Shown: positions 9,962 through 19,469 of the stretch, in pieces
Position numbering within the stretch: position 1 is the first letter of the stretch
How the letters are laid out: each line of letters starts with the position of its first letter
Origin: an uncultured Pelagibacteraceae bacterium
GTDB taxonomy: Bacteria > Pseudomonadota > Alphaproteobacteria > Pelagibacterales > Pelagibacteraceae
DNA length: 64,000 nt
Assembly (NCBI GenBank): GCA_902596915.1
Contig: CACJVQ010000004.1
Location: forward strand, 8,077 to 72,076
Direction of reading: 5' to 3'
The notes under the pieces: generated by a model
The model's database searches: none
What the model saw: the letters and a program-made list of their open reading frames with translations, nothing else
Told to the model about the DNA's origin: nothing
Program-made: the position numbers and the translations under genes

Positions 9962-11260
9962 TTAAACAATTAAACTATGATTTTTCAATTTTTTTAAAAT
10001 TTCAAGACAAGTCTTCAATTCTAAATTTAGAATATTTGAAATTTGAAATACTGATCTTTTACCGTTACTGTAAGCTATAATATCTAAAAGATTTTTTAAC
10101 CCATTATCAATATTTTTTTTTTTACTTAAAGTTGGATATAAATTTCTTTTTGTTAAGAAAGGTTCACATTTAGTTTTAGCTTTAGGAAAGGGCGAAAACT
10201 CCAAAGCATCTACAATATTTTTAAATATTTCAAATGAACCCTCCAAACCTTTCTTCGTGACTAATGAAAAGTTATCCAGACTCGTGTGATATTCAGGAAA
10301 TGTCTTGCTACCTGCCTTGCTTCTTGAATAACTACAAATAGGTAGCTCGATCCCTGCGTGACAATATTGTCTTTCATCAGATGATCTATCTTTAAATTCG
10401 TAAATACTTTTTTTTTTTAATCCTATAAAACTTGAATTCATTATTTCATCTGCAAAAGTATTTTTTTCAGGTGTTTGTACAAAAGAGTAATTTCTATTAT
10501 CTCCAGCACAATTAATTACAAAACCAGCTAAAACATTTTTTTTTAATTTTTTAAGATTTCTATTTATATATGCTATAGATCCAATTGTTTCTGGAACAAG
10601 CACAAATCTATAACTGTATTTTTTATTTTTTAAGCTATTTATATAATGAATTAATGCAGCAATTATAACTGGACCTGATAATTCATTATTTGCCATAGAC
10701 GGATGACATATATAAGAGGAGAACAAAATTTCTTTTTTTGATTTTCCTTTAATTAAGGTTTCGCCATAATCCATCACCCCGTCTTTTAAAGAAGATTTGA
10801 TCACAACTTTATATTTTTTGTTTTTAATACTTCTTAACTGATTTTGAGACATGCAAAATCCCCATGTTCTTTTATAATATGAGGTAACATATGGAATTGA
10901 ATTTTTATTAGCTTTGTCAATATGAATATGTTTTTTAAGTTTACTAAGAGGAATAATTTTATTTATTGCATGAGAGTATCCAACAAGATGCAAATTGTTT
11001 TTGCTAAAATCTGCATATTTTTTATTATTTTTTGTGTCTAAAATGTATGCCTCTTTAACATTCCATTCTTTTGGGATTATCCAATCGAATACCTTTTTAC
11101 CCGATTTAAAAAACTTTTTTTCTAAAGGGACTTTTTTTTTAATTAAATCTAATGATTTTTTGACACCTCTACCTGTTATAGATCTGTTGATAGGATATAG
11201 CTTTTTTGCTAGATAAAGCATCATTTTCCCATGAAAATTAATTAAGTTTTTACTAGTCAT
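9962..11260 (-). CDS. DUF4910/DUF2172 M28-like aminopeptidase-domain protein with C-terminal winged helix
   Basis: RSITGRG, PKEWN, LHLVGYS, PYVTSYY, CHPSMANNELSGP, PETIGS, SDERQY, EYHTSLD; start may be at 11224. Confidence 0.88.
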   Translation of the reverse strand: MTSKNLINFHGKMMLYLAKKLYPINRSITGRGVKKSLDLIKKKVPLEKKFFKSGKKVFDWIIPKEWNVKEAYILDTKNNKKYADFSKNNLHLVGYSHAINKIIPLSKLKKHIHIDKANKNSIPYVTSYYKRTWGFCMSQNQLRSIKNKKYKVVIKSSLKDGVMDYGETLIKGKSKKEILFSSYICHPSMANNELSGPVIIAALIHYINSLKNKKYSYRFVLVPETIGSIAYINRNLKKLKKNVLAGFVINCAGDNRNYSFVQTPEKNTFADEIMNSSFIGLKKKSIYEFKDRSSDERQYCHAGIELPICSYSRSKAGSKTFPEYHTSLDNFSLVTKKGLEGSFEIFKNIVDALEFSPFPKAKTKCEPFLTKRNLYPTLSKKKNIDNGLKNLLDIIAYSNGKRSVFQISNILNLELKTCLEILKKLKNHSLIV

Positions 11261-11575
11261 GAAATATTTTAATTTAATTGATTATTTTTATCATAAATGC
11301 ACTGATATTTAACATTATAATTTCAAAGTATTACATACCTTACTATTAATCAGAATTAAGCTTAAAAATAGGATGTATTGATTAATGAGATTAAATTTTC
11401 AAGTCTCACCTTATTCATAGAATCAATATCCATTTTTATTGAGAACTTAGATAAATTCAAAGTGTACTAATAATATGAAGTATTATTATTAAAATGTTAT
11501 ATACTGACAAAAGATTAAGCAGAAATAATTTAGCACTTTATTTTGGAATATCAAATTCGATTAATGGAAAAATAA

Positions 11576-12061
11576 ATGAGTTTAAAATTAATTAATCTCT
11601 CAGTTAGACTTGCAAGGAGTGGTGATTGTAGAAATATATTTGAATGGAGAAATGATCCAATTACACGTAGCATGTCTAACTCGTCTGAAATTATTGATTG
11701 GGAACAGCACACAAATTGGTTTAATGGGTCTCTAAATTCTAAAAATCGAATACTTCTTATTTGTGAGAAAAATTCTATTGATAAAATTGCAGTTGTTCGT
11801 TTTGATATTTCAAAAACAGGTGTACTTGTATCAATTAATTTGAATCCGAAAAAAAGAGGTAAGAACTTTGCAAAAGGTAGCTTGACTAGATCAATTGAAT
11901 TTTTTTTAAAAAAATATCCATTAACTAAAAATATGTATGCTGAGGTAAATGAGAAGAATATTGCAAGTAAAAAAACCTTTTTAGGTGTTGGTTTTGAAAA
12001 ATATAAAGTATATAAAAAGAATGGTTATTATATAAAAAATTTCTCATCAAATAGAAATTGA
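11576..12061 (+). CDS. GNAT N-acetyltransferase, PseH-like
   Basis: IFEWRNDP..R.MS, EQHTNWF, VVRFD, NIASKKTF..GF. Confidence 0.75.
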   Translation: MSLKLINLSVRLARSGDCRNIFEWRNDPITRSMSNSSEIIDWEQHTNWFNGSLNSKNRILLICEKNSIDKIAVVRFDISKTGVLVSINLNPKKRGKNFAKGSLTRSIEFFLKKYPLTKNMYAEVNEKNIASKKTFLGVGFEKYKVYKKNGYYIKNFSSNRN

Positions 12062-12481
12062 ATGACAATTATATTTGAAAAAATAATTCCAACGGAAAAT
12101 CAGTTTGAAAAACTCTATTTTTTGTTAAAAAATAGAAAGCATTCAGTGAGCCATAACAAGCTACCATCGAAAACTGAACATAAAAAATTTGTGATAGAAA
12201 ATCCATATCTTGAGTGGTATTTATTTTATAGGGATAAGAATTTATTAGGATCTTTTTATCTTCAGTCTGATAATTCTATTGGTTTAAACCTAGATAAACC
12301 TAACAAAAATGATTTAATTGAGATAGTGGAATATATAAAAGCTAATCACAATCCACTTCCACCTATAAAGTCATTAAGAAGGGGGGAATTTTTTTTAAAT
12401 GTGGCTGCTGAAAATTTAGACCTGATTAAAATCTTAAAAAAATTAGATAAAACTGAAGTTCAGCGTTCTTTTGTAATTTAA
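12062..12481 (+). CDS. Hypothetical protein (GNAT-like fold possible), glycan-cluster associated
   Basis: Abuts preceding gene; SHNKLPS..EH..FV..NPY..WY pattern resembles GNAT N-termini. Confidence 0.5.
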   Translation: MTIIFEKIIPTENQFEKLYFLLKNRKHSVSHNKLPSKTEHKKFVIENPYLEWYLFYRDKNLLGSFYLQSDNSIGLNLDKPNKNDLIEIVEYIKANHNPLPPIKSLRRGEFFLNVAAENLDLIKILKKLDKTEVQRSFVI

Positions 12482-12600
12482 ATTGTAAAAATTATTTTGC
12501 CAGATACATTAAGTTTAATTTATAAAGGTCTTGTATATTTAAATTCTTGATTTATGAGTTTCCTATTGAAAACAAATAACTATTGATACATTTATCTAAT

Positions 12601-14298
12601 ATGACAAAAAAAAAAGCCACATTATACACTTCTGCTATCTTAAATGGGGGCTGGCTTTTAATTTGTACAGACATTGCATTGTGGCTTCATAAATCTGAAG
12701 GTTATGAAAAAATAACTATTGAACAAACCTCAAATTATAATCCTTTTAATTTATTCAGTTTACTTTTACGTATTAAAAACTTGTCTTCATATTTAACGTT
12801 GAATAAATTAAAAAAATTATGGAGATATTTAAATTTTAAATCTAAAAAATTAGGAAGTTTCGCTAAGTCTAAATCCCAAAAAGATAAAATTTCTGACTTA
12901 TCGAATTTCACTTCCGGAAAAATTGACGAGTCAAGTATTATCATTGGTGAATTAGAAATTAAATTTAAAAGAAACATATTTAAAAAAAAACACTTTTTAC
13001 TAAATTATTTGACTTTAAGTTTTAGGGTAATTGTTGATTACCTAAATTATTTTAGTAAGTCTGCTCTTAAGAATAAAGCCTACCTTGAGTATAAAGTTGC
13101 TAATGTACATGCAGGATTGCATGTTTTGTCTGAGGCTTTAAGGTCTGATTATAAGTCTTGTGGCAGTATATTTCATTGTCGACTTGGTATTCTCACAGCT
13201 TTATATAAGTTGCACAATAATCTTTCACAATTTAAAGAAGTCAACTTTTTAAAAGAGGGAAGCACTTATGTAAGTGGACCAGCTCAGCAATATATCTACG
13301 GTTTTTCTTCTAGGCTTATGTCTGATCAAGGTGCGTGTTTTATTGAGATAAGCAGTATACAACAACCTTATATCAAGCTTGAACTTGAAGATAAATACTA
13401 TTCAAGGCTAAGTCAAATTCCTAAGGAGTTAAATTTTACAAGTATCAATAAAAAAAAAGTTTCTGAATATTATAAAAAAAGAATAGAAAAACCTTGGGAA
13501 GTTTTTAATTATAAAGTTGAAAAATATTCTTCTAGTAGAGAATTAACAAATCTCAATGGTATTACAGTTATTCTATATTTACATATTTTCACTGATGCTC
13601 AGTATGTTTATGGATATGATGGATATCATGATCTAATGGATTGGTGTTTGAAAACTATTTCTTTACTTAATTCAAATGAACACATATCAAAGGTTGTTGT
13701 TAAGCCTCATCCTGAATGTACTAATGCGCACCATCCTGGTGATGTAATTGCAAATAAGTATTTGAAATCTAAACTTTCAAAATATGACAAAGTCGAGTGG
13801 TCTGACTTTCATTTTGATGTTAATCACATAAATAGTTCAGGATTAGTTGTGGGTATTACGCATCATGGTAGTGTTGCAGAGGAACTAGTGTTTAATAAGA
13901 TACCTGTCATTGCTTCTATACACTCTAATTGGGGAGAGGAGTATAAATTTGGATATTGGTGGAAAGATGTAAAAGATTATGAAAATTTGATTTCAACTAA
14001 AGCAATCACAGAACTTGTCGTTACCAACGCCCAAACAGATGAGCTTTATCGTTATGCTAGTGATCTATATTTTAGTGAAAATTCAAAAAAAATCTTCAAA
14101 TATGACTCAACTTGGCAGGACATGTTGAGAATATATGATGGAGTTGAAGATCGTAATGAGCATGGAGAAAATATGGAACAAATAAATTATCTGGTTAGTA
14201 AAATAGATCCTGAAGATAGACAATTTAAAGAGTATATCAACACCAGACTTCAACGTATCAATTTATTAAAAGACCTTCCAACAAGACTAACAATATAG
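12601..14298 (+). CDS. Putative glycosyltransferase, capsule-synthesis/ulosonate-transferase-like, paralog A
   Basis: LHIFTDAQY, VKPHP, THHGSVAEE motifs; ATG at 12601 aligns with paralog B start (ORF track starts 12583). Confidence 0.55.
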   Translation: MTKKKATLYTSAILNGGWLLICTDIALWLHKSEGYEKITIEQTSNYNPFNLFSLLLRIKNLSSYLTLNKLKKLWRYLNFKSKKLGSFAKSKSQKDKISDLSNFTSGKIDESSIIIGELEIKFKRNIFKKKHFLLNYLTLSFRVIVDYLNYFSKSALKNKAYLEYKVANVHAGLHVLSEALRSDYKSCGSIFHCRLGILTALYKLHNNLSQFKEVNFLKEGSTYVSGPAQQYIYGFSSRLMSDQGACFIEISSIQQPYIKLELEDKYYSRLSQIPKELNFTSINKKKVSEYYKKRIEKPWEVFNYKVEKYSSSRELTNLNGITVILYLHIFTDAQYVYGYDGYHDLMDWCLKTISLLNSNEHISKVVVKPHPECTNAHHPGDVIANKYLKSKLSKYDKVEWSDFHFDVNHINSSGLVVGITHHGSVAEELVFNKIPVIASIHSNWGEEYKFGYWWKDVKDYENLISTKAITELVVTNAQTDELYRYASDLYFSENSKKIFKYDSTWQDMLRIYDGVEDRNEHGENMEQINYLVSKIDPEDRQFKEYINTRLQRINLLKDLPTRLTI

Positions 14299-14304
14299 AT
14301 TTAA

Positions 14305-14527
14305 ATGAAAATTTCATTCATAATTCAAAATTATAATTACCATGGTGGGGCACAAAAAACGGCTAGCATATCTTACTATCTTCAATCCCTTGGCCATGAT
14401 GTAAATATTATTGTTATAAGATGTGATGAAGGTGATCTTGAAAGTCGGCCAAATTGCAAAGAAGTATCTTAATTTTATAGAAAATGTAATGAATAATAGT
14501 GGAAATTTAAATGATCCAATTTTATAA
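14305..14527 (+). pseudogene. Internally deleted, frameshifted GT4 glycosyltransferase remnant
   Basis: MKISFIIQNYNYHGGAQKTAS...LGHDV...IRC...RP matches N-terminus of the 17250 protein; from 14453 another frame reads IAKKYLNFIENVMNNSGNLN, matching its residues ~346-365. Confidence 0.85.
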
Positions 14528-14629
14528 TGTAATTTGATTTATGTTTAATAAAATTAAACACATAAAATTAATTGATTTTTCAACTTGTGAAGTTATGACT
14601 ATAATTTTAATTATATAAAAACTTTTTTA

Positions 14630-15571
14630 GTGAAACCTGATAAATTGAATGCTGTAACACATACTCATTATTGGGGCTATGAAAATAAAAAATATTTTTC
14701 AAAAAGTTATTTGAATAAGATAAGATATTTTCTAAAATATGTGATCAATAAATTATTTCTTAATAATCTTGGATATCAGATTGTCCAAAAGTTCTCAAAT
14801 TACAGAAAAGAACAGAGATCATACTTAAAAAATTCAGAGATTTTATCATTAAGAAATATACAAATTTCAGATTACTTATTTCAGTTTGGGTTAGGATTTG
14901 GTATTGAATTCAAAAAAACAAAATTACTTAATAGTATTGAACGTTACGAAGAGATTTTTAGGAATTCAAAAATTAGAGATTTAAATGGGGGGTTTGGTTT
15001 TAACAATGGACTCTTCTTTTATGTTTTAATTTCACATTTTCAGCCAAAAAAAATTTTAGAAAGTGGTGTGTGGAGGGGATATTCTACATTTTTGATTGAT
15101 GAAGCAACGCCAATTGAATCTAAAATCTTGTCTTTTGATATTAACTTAGACAAAAGAGAGTTCATATCAAAAAAAGCATCTTATTTTGAGAGTGATTTAT
15201 CACTTGTATCTGACGTAAATTTTAGCAAAGTAGATTTTGCATTATTCGATGATCATGTCTCTATTTATGATAGACTTAAATTTTGTTTAAAAAATGAAAT
15301 TGAAATCGTAGTTGTTGATGACGATCTCAGTGTGTCCCAGGTTCATAGCGATCCTTGGCCTCCTATACCTACTGCTTCAATGATTTATAATTATGAGAAA
15401 ATTCCAAAAAAGTTTAATTGGATATGTAATGGAATGCTGGCCAATGCTGACATTGGTGGTATTGCAGTAAATGATATCCGTGAACATTATAAATACATCC
15501 CTTTTCCTCAATTAGCTGAATTTACAGGATACCAAGACACTTCATTCACAAGTTTTTTATTAAAACGTTGA
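14630..15571 (+). CDS. Hypothetical protein with class I SAM-methyltransferase-like motifs
   Basis: ILESGVWRGYST motif I, SFDI, ALFDDH. Confidence 0.55.
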   Translation: MKPDKLNAVTHTHYWGYENKKYFSKSYLNKIRYFLKYVINKLFLNNLGYQIVQKFSNYRKEQRSYLKNSEILSLRNIQISDYLFQFGLGFGIEFKKTKLLNSIERYEEIFRNSKIRDLNGGFGFNNGLFFYVLISHFQPKKILESGVWRGYSTFLIDEATPIESKILSFDINLDKREFISKKASYFESDLSLVSDVNFSKVDFALFDDHVSIYDRLKFCLKNEIEIVVVDDDLSVSQVHSDPWPPIPTASMIYNYEKIPKKFNWICNGMLANADIGGIAVNDIREHYKYIPFPQLAEFTGYQDTSFTSFLLKR

Positions 15572-15578
15572 TGAGATA

Positions 15579-17249
15579 GTGATAAAAAAAACTACATTAT
15601 ATACTTCAGCTTCATTGAATGGATCTTGGCTTTTAACAATAATTGATACCGCACTTTGGCTTCATAAATTTAGTGGTTATAACCATATTACAATTAAAAC
15701 TATCTCGAATTATAACCCATTTAACTTTTTCAGTTTATTTTTACGTCTTAAGAATCTGTCATCATACATCAATAAGCAAAAATTAGAAAAATACAGAAAT
15801 TTTATTAATCACTCTAGCATTAAAAATAATAAACTCACTAAATTATCTAGTTTTGCTACAGGAAAACTAGACCAAGCTGATTTAACTATTGGTGATTTAG
15901 AAATTGAATTTGTAAGAGAAAAATTAGCCAAAAAAAAATCTATATTAAATTTTTTAATCATAAGTTACAAAATGGGATTAGATTACCTAAAATATTTTAG
16001 TAAATCTGCTCTTAAAAACAAAGCTTATCTCAAGTATAAAGTGGCCAATGTACATGTAGGATTGCATGTTTTGTCCGAGGCCCTAAGGGCTGATTATAAG
16101 TCTTATGGCAGTATATTTCATTGTCGACTTGGTATTCTTACTGCTTTATATAAATTACATAGTTCTGTTAAAGAATATAAGCAGATTGTTTTGCCAAAAC
16201 AAAGCAATTCTTTTGTTTGTGGTCCAGATCAAGAATATATTTATGGTTTTTTCTCCAGATATATGTCCGATCAAGGTGTGCATTTTATTGAAATGAGTTG
16301 TCTGAAATATCCTTACATTAAGCGTAAGCTTAATGAAAAGTATTATTCAAGATTAAATCTTTCTAAATTAGAAATAGATTTTCTTGACGTTGAGAAAGAC
16401 AAAATTACTGAATATTATCAAAATAGAATAGAGAGGCCTTGGGAGGTGTTTAGGTATAAAGTTGAAAAATATTCCGCAAATAAAGAATTAACAAATCTCA
16501 ATGGTGTTACAGTTATTCTATATTTGCACAGTTTCACTGATGCCCAGTATATTTATGGATATGATGGATATCATGATTTAATGGATTGGTGTTTAAAAAC
16601 TATTTCTTTGCTTAATTCAAATGAGTATGTTTCAAAAGTTATTGTTAAACCTCATCCTGAAAGTACTTCTGCGTACCACCCTGGAGACTCTATAGCGAAT
16701 GAATATCTAAAATCCCAAATATCTAGTTTTGATAAAGTTGAATGGGCTGATTTTCATTTTGATGTTAATCATATAGACACTTCAGGATTAGTTGTTGGTA
16801 TAACTCATCATGGTAGTGTAGCAGAGGAGTTGGTATTTAAAAAAATTCCTGTGATTGCTTCTACATATTCTAATTGGGGTGAAGAATATAAATTTGGATA
16901 TTGGTGGAAAGATATAAAAGATTATGAAACTTTAATATCAGGTAAATCAATTACAGAACTTATTGTAACCAATACTCAAACAGATGAGCTTTACCGTTAT
17001 GCGACAGATCAATATTTTAATACCAACAAAGATGTAAATTTTAATGTTGCTTCAACGTGGCTAGATGTGTTAAAAATATATGATGGTGTAGAAGATCGTC
17101 TTGAGCATGGTGAGAACATGGAGCAGGTGATGCAAATAGTGAGCAAGCTAGATCCTGAGGATAAACAGTTTAAAGAGTATATAAATACCAGACTCCAACG
17201 CATCAATTTATTAAAAGATAATTCTAAAGATATTGTTGTAAAAGCTTAA
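15579..17249 (+). CDS. Putative glycosyltransferase, capsule-synthesis/ulosonate-transferase-like, paralog B
   Basis: Collinear homolog of 12601-14298; LHSFTDAQY, VKPHP, THHGSVAEE. Confidence 0.55.
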   Translation: MIKKTTLYTSASLNGSWLLTIIDTALWLHKFSGYNHITIKTISNYNPFNFFSLFLRLKNLSSYINKQKLEKYRNFINHSSIKNNKLTKLSSFATGKLDQADLTIGDLEIEFVREKLAKKKSILNFLIISYKMGLDYLKYFSKSALKNKAYLKYKVANVHVGLHVLSEALRADYKSYGSIFHCRLGILTALYKLHSSVKEYKQIVLPKQSNSFVCGPDQEYIYGFFSRYMSDQGVHFIEMSCLKYPYIKRKLNEKYYSRLNLSKLEIDFLDVEKDKITEYYQNRIERPWEVFRYKVEKYSANKELTNLNGVTVILYLHSFTDAQYIYGYDGYHDLMDWCLKTISLLNSNEYVSKVIVKPHPESTSAYHPGDSIANEYLKSQISSFDKVEWADFHFDVNHIDTSGLVVGITHHGSVAEELVFKKIPVIASTYSNWGEEYKFGYWWKDIKDYETLISGKSITELIVTNTQTDELYRYATDQYFNTNKDVNFNVASTWLDVLKIYDGVEDRLEHGENMEQVMQIVSKLDPEDKQFKEYINTRLQRINLLKDNSKDIVVKA

Positions 17250-19469
17250 ATGAAAATTGCATTTTTAATTCAAGACTATGACTATCATGGTGGGGCACAA
17301 AAAACTGCTAGTTTAGCTAAACAATTTCAACAATTAGGCCATGATGTTACTATTATTGCTATTCGATGTAAAGAAAGTGATTTTGGTTGTCGGCCAAAAA
17401 TTTTTTCAAACGTGTTGGATTTAAAATGCACTAATTTCATTTCCAGCGTTTTAAGTTTAACAAAGCTTTTTCGTAATTCTCAATATGAAATTTTTATATG
17501 TATTGGTGGTTATAGCAACCTTTGTGCTGGATTAGCTAAGTGTTTTAGTCGATCTTCACTTACAATAATAGGTTCAGAGAATTTTGCAAAATCTGTTCTT
17601 ATAGGAGATTATGTAAAACCATTTTTGAGATTTTTAAAACCATTATTTCAGTTTGCTTATACCCAGTTAAATGGATTATTTTTTGTATCTGATAAATTGA
17701 GATTAGAGTTCTTAAAAAAAAACTCTTGGCATCCGTCGAGATGTATTACAATCTATAACCCAATTCGATCATTAAAAAAAAATATTATAGAGAAAAAGAA
17801 AAAAGATTCAGGCATTATATTTTTAGGTGTTGGTGTTTTAGAAGAAAGAAAAAGATTTGATTTACTTTTAAAATCTTTTTCATTAGTTGCAAAACCCAAT
17901 GATAAGCTTTTAATTGCTGGTACCGGTCCATTAAAAGATGAGTTAATAAATTTATCAAAAAATTTAAAAATTCAATCCCAGGTTAACTTCTTAGACTATG
18001 TTGAAGATATTGAAAAGTTAATGAAGAATTCTGACATTTTAGTGTTAACATCAAATTCAGAGGCATTTGGGATGGTTTTAGTGGAAGGATTAGCGGCTGG
18101 AATGCAGGTAGTTAGCACTAATTCCTTTTCTGGTCCAGCTGAAGTACTTGGAAATGGTCGTTATGGTTTTTTGGCAGAGGTCGATAATGTTAATTCTATA
18201 GCTTCTTCGATGAAAGCTGCAACAGAGACTCCAAAATCTCAAGAAATAATTTATGAAGGTGCATCGAGGTTTTCATTAAACTCTATTGTTAAGAGTTATA
18301 TAGAATTTATTGAAAGAGTTTTAGTAAATAAAGGTAGATTAAATAGTCGATTAGAAAAAATAAATTTTACAAGTAAAGAAAAAAAAAGAAAAAAAATATT
18401 AATTAATATCAGCATTATAACTCCAGTATATAGAGGCATGAGTATATTTACAAATCAGATTGTTCAAGAATTGATTAAAAGTGATGATTATGATTACGTA
18501 TTTGTATCTGGAAATAAAATAGATAATAAAACATATGAAATGCTGTTAAATAGTGAACATTCTTATAAACAAATTAATATGCCCTTGGTTGTTTTTGATC
18601 AAATTGTAATTCCTTACTTAATTAAGAAATACAAGCCTCACATCTGCTGGTTTCCAGCAAACACATTTCCATTAATTTTAAATAAGAGTTCTAAATATAT
18701 AATAACAATTCATGATCTTATTTTTTTTATTAGGGAATTTAAAATTCCCAACATATATCAAAAAATTGCAACTTATTATCGAGTGATAAATTTATTAATG
18801 GGTATTAAGAGAATAAATAAAATTACAAGTGTTTCAAAAACAATGATGCATGAGATATCTTCAAAATTTTTTGATAAAAAAAAAATAAATGAAAATAATG
18901 TTTTAACTAATTCATTTATAGCTAGAGAAAGTTATAGTAAAAAAATTTTTAAAAAACTTGATTTAGACACTGTAGATAAATATTTTTATTCTATTGTAGG
19001 TAATGGACCTCATAAAAATTTAAATTTTCTAATTGAGTCATTTAATAAATTTTCAAAGAATAATAAAAACTACAAACTTGTGATCAGCGGAGCATTTAAA
19101 GCCAAATATAATAATTTTAGTAAAAATATCATTTTTACTGAATTTATATCCGAAGAGGAAAAAATCTCACTTATAAAAAAGGCAGAACTATTTATATTTC
19201 CTTCTCTTGTAGAGGGATTTGGTATACCTTTAATAGAAGGCTTATTTTATAATCCCAATGTATTGGTAAGTGATATACCAATATTTAGAGAAATAGGAAA
19301 AAAATATGTTAAATATTTTGATCCCCACGATAAAGATTTTCTTACAAAATATTATAAAAAAAATGTAACAACACCTATTAACCACAAAGAAGCAAAAAAT
19401 TATATTTTAACAGAATTTAGTATAAATAAAACTGTAAAAAAATTGAAAGCTAATTTTGATGAGCTCTAA
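17250..19469 (+). CDS. Two-domain GT4 glycosyltransferase fusion
   Basis: Two ExFG-x5-E motifs (SEAFGMVLVEG; VEGFGIPLIEG), GGAQ N-motif, TIHDL in second domain. Confidence 0.88.
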   Translation: MKIAFLIQDYDYHGGAQKTASLAKQFQQLGHDVTIIAIRCKESDFGCRPKIFSNVLDLKCTNFISSVLSLTKLFRNSQYEIFICIGGYSNLCAGLAKCFSRSSLTIIGSENFAKSVLIGDYVKPFLRFLKPLFQFAYTQLNGLFFVSDKLRLEFLKKNSWHPSRCITIYNPIRSLKKNIIEKKKKDSGIIFLGVGVLEERKRFDLLLKSFSLVAKPNDKLLIAGTGPLKDELINLSKNLKIQSQVNFLDYVEDIEKLMKNSDILVLTSNSEAFGMVLVEGLAAGMQVVSTNSFSGPAEVLGNGRYGFLAEVDNVNSIASSMKAATETPKSQEIIYEGASRFSLNSIVKSYIEFIERVLVNKGRLNSRLEKINFTSKEKKRKKILINISIITPVYRGMSIFTNQIVQELIKSDDYDYVFVSGNKIDNKTYEMLLNSEHSYKQINMPLVVFDQIVIPYLIKKYKPHICWFPANTFPLILNKSSKYIITIHDLIFFIREFKIPNIYQKIATYYRVINLLMGIKRINKITSVSKTMMHEISSKFFDKKKINENNVLTNSFIARESYSKKIFKKLDLDTVDKYFYSIVGNGPHKNLNFLIESFNKFSKNNKNYKLVISGAFKAKYNNFSKNIIFTEFISEEEKISLIKKAELFIFPSLVEGFGIPLIEGLFYNPNVLVSDIPIFREIGKKYVKYFDPHDKDFLTKYYKKNVTTPINHKEAKNYILTEFSINKTVKKLKANFDEL

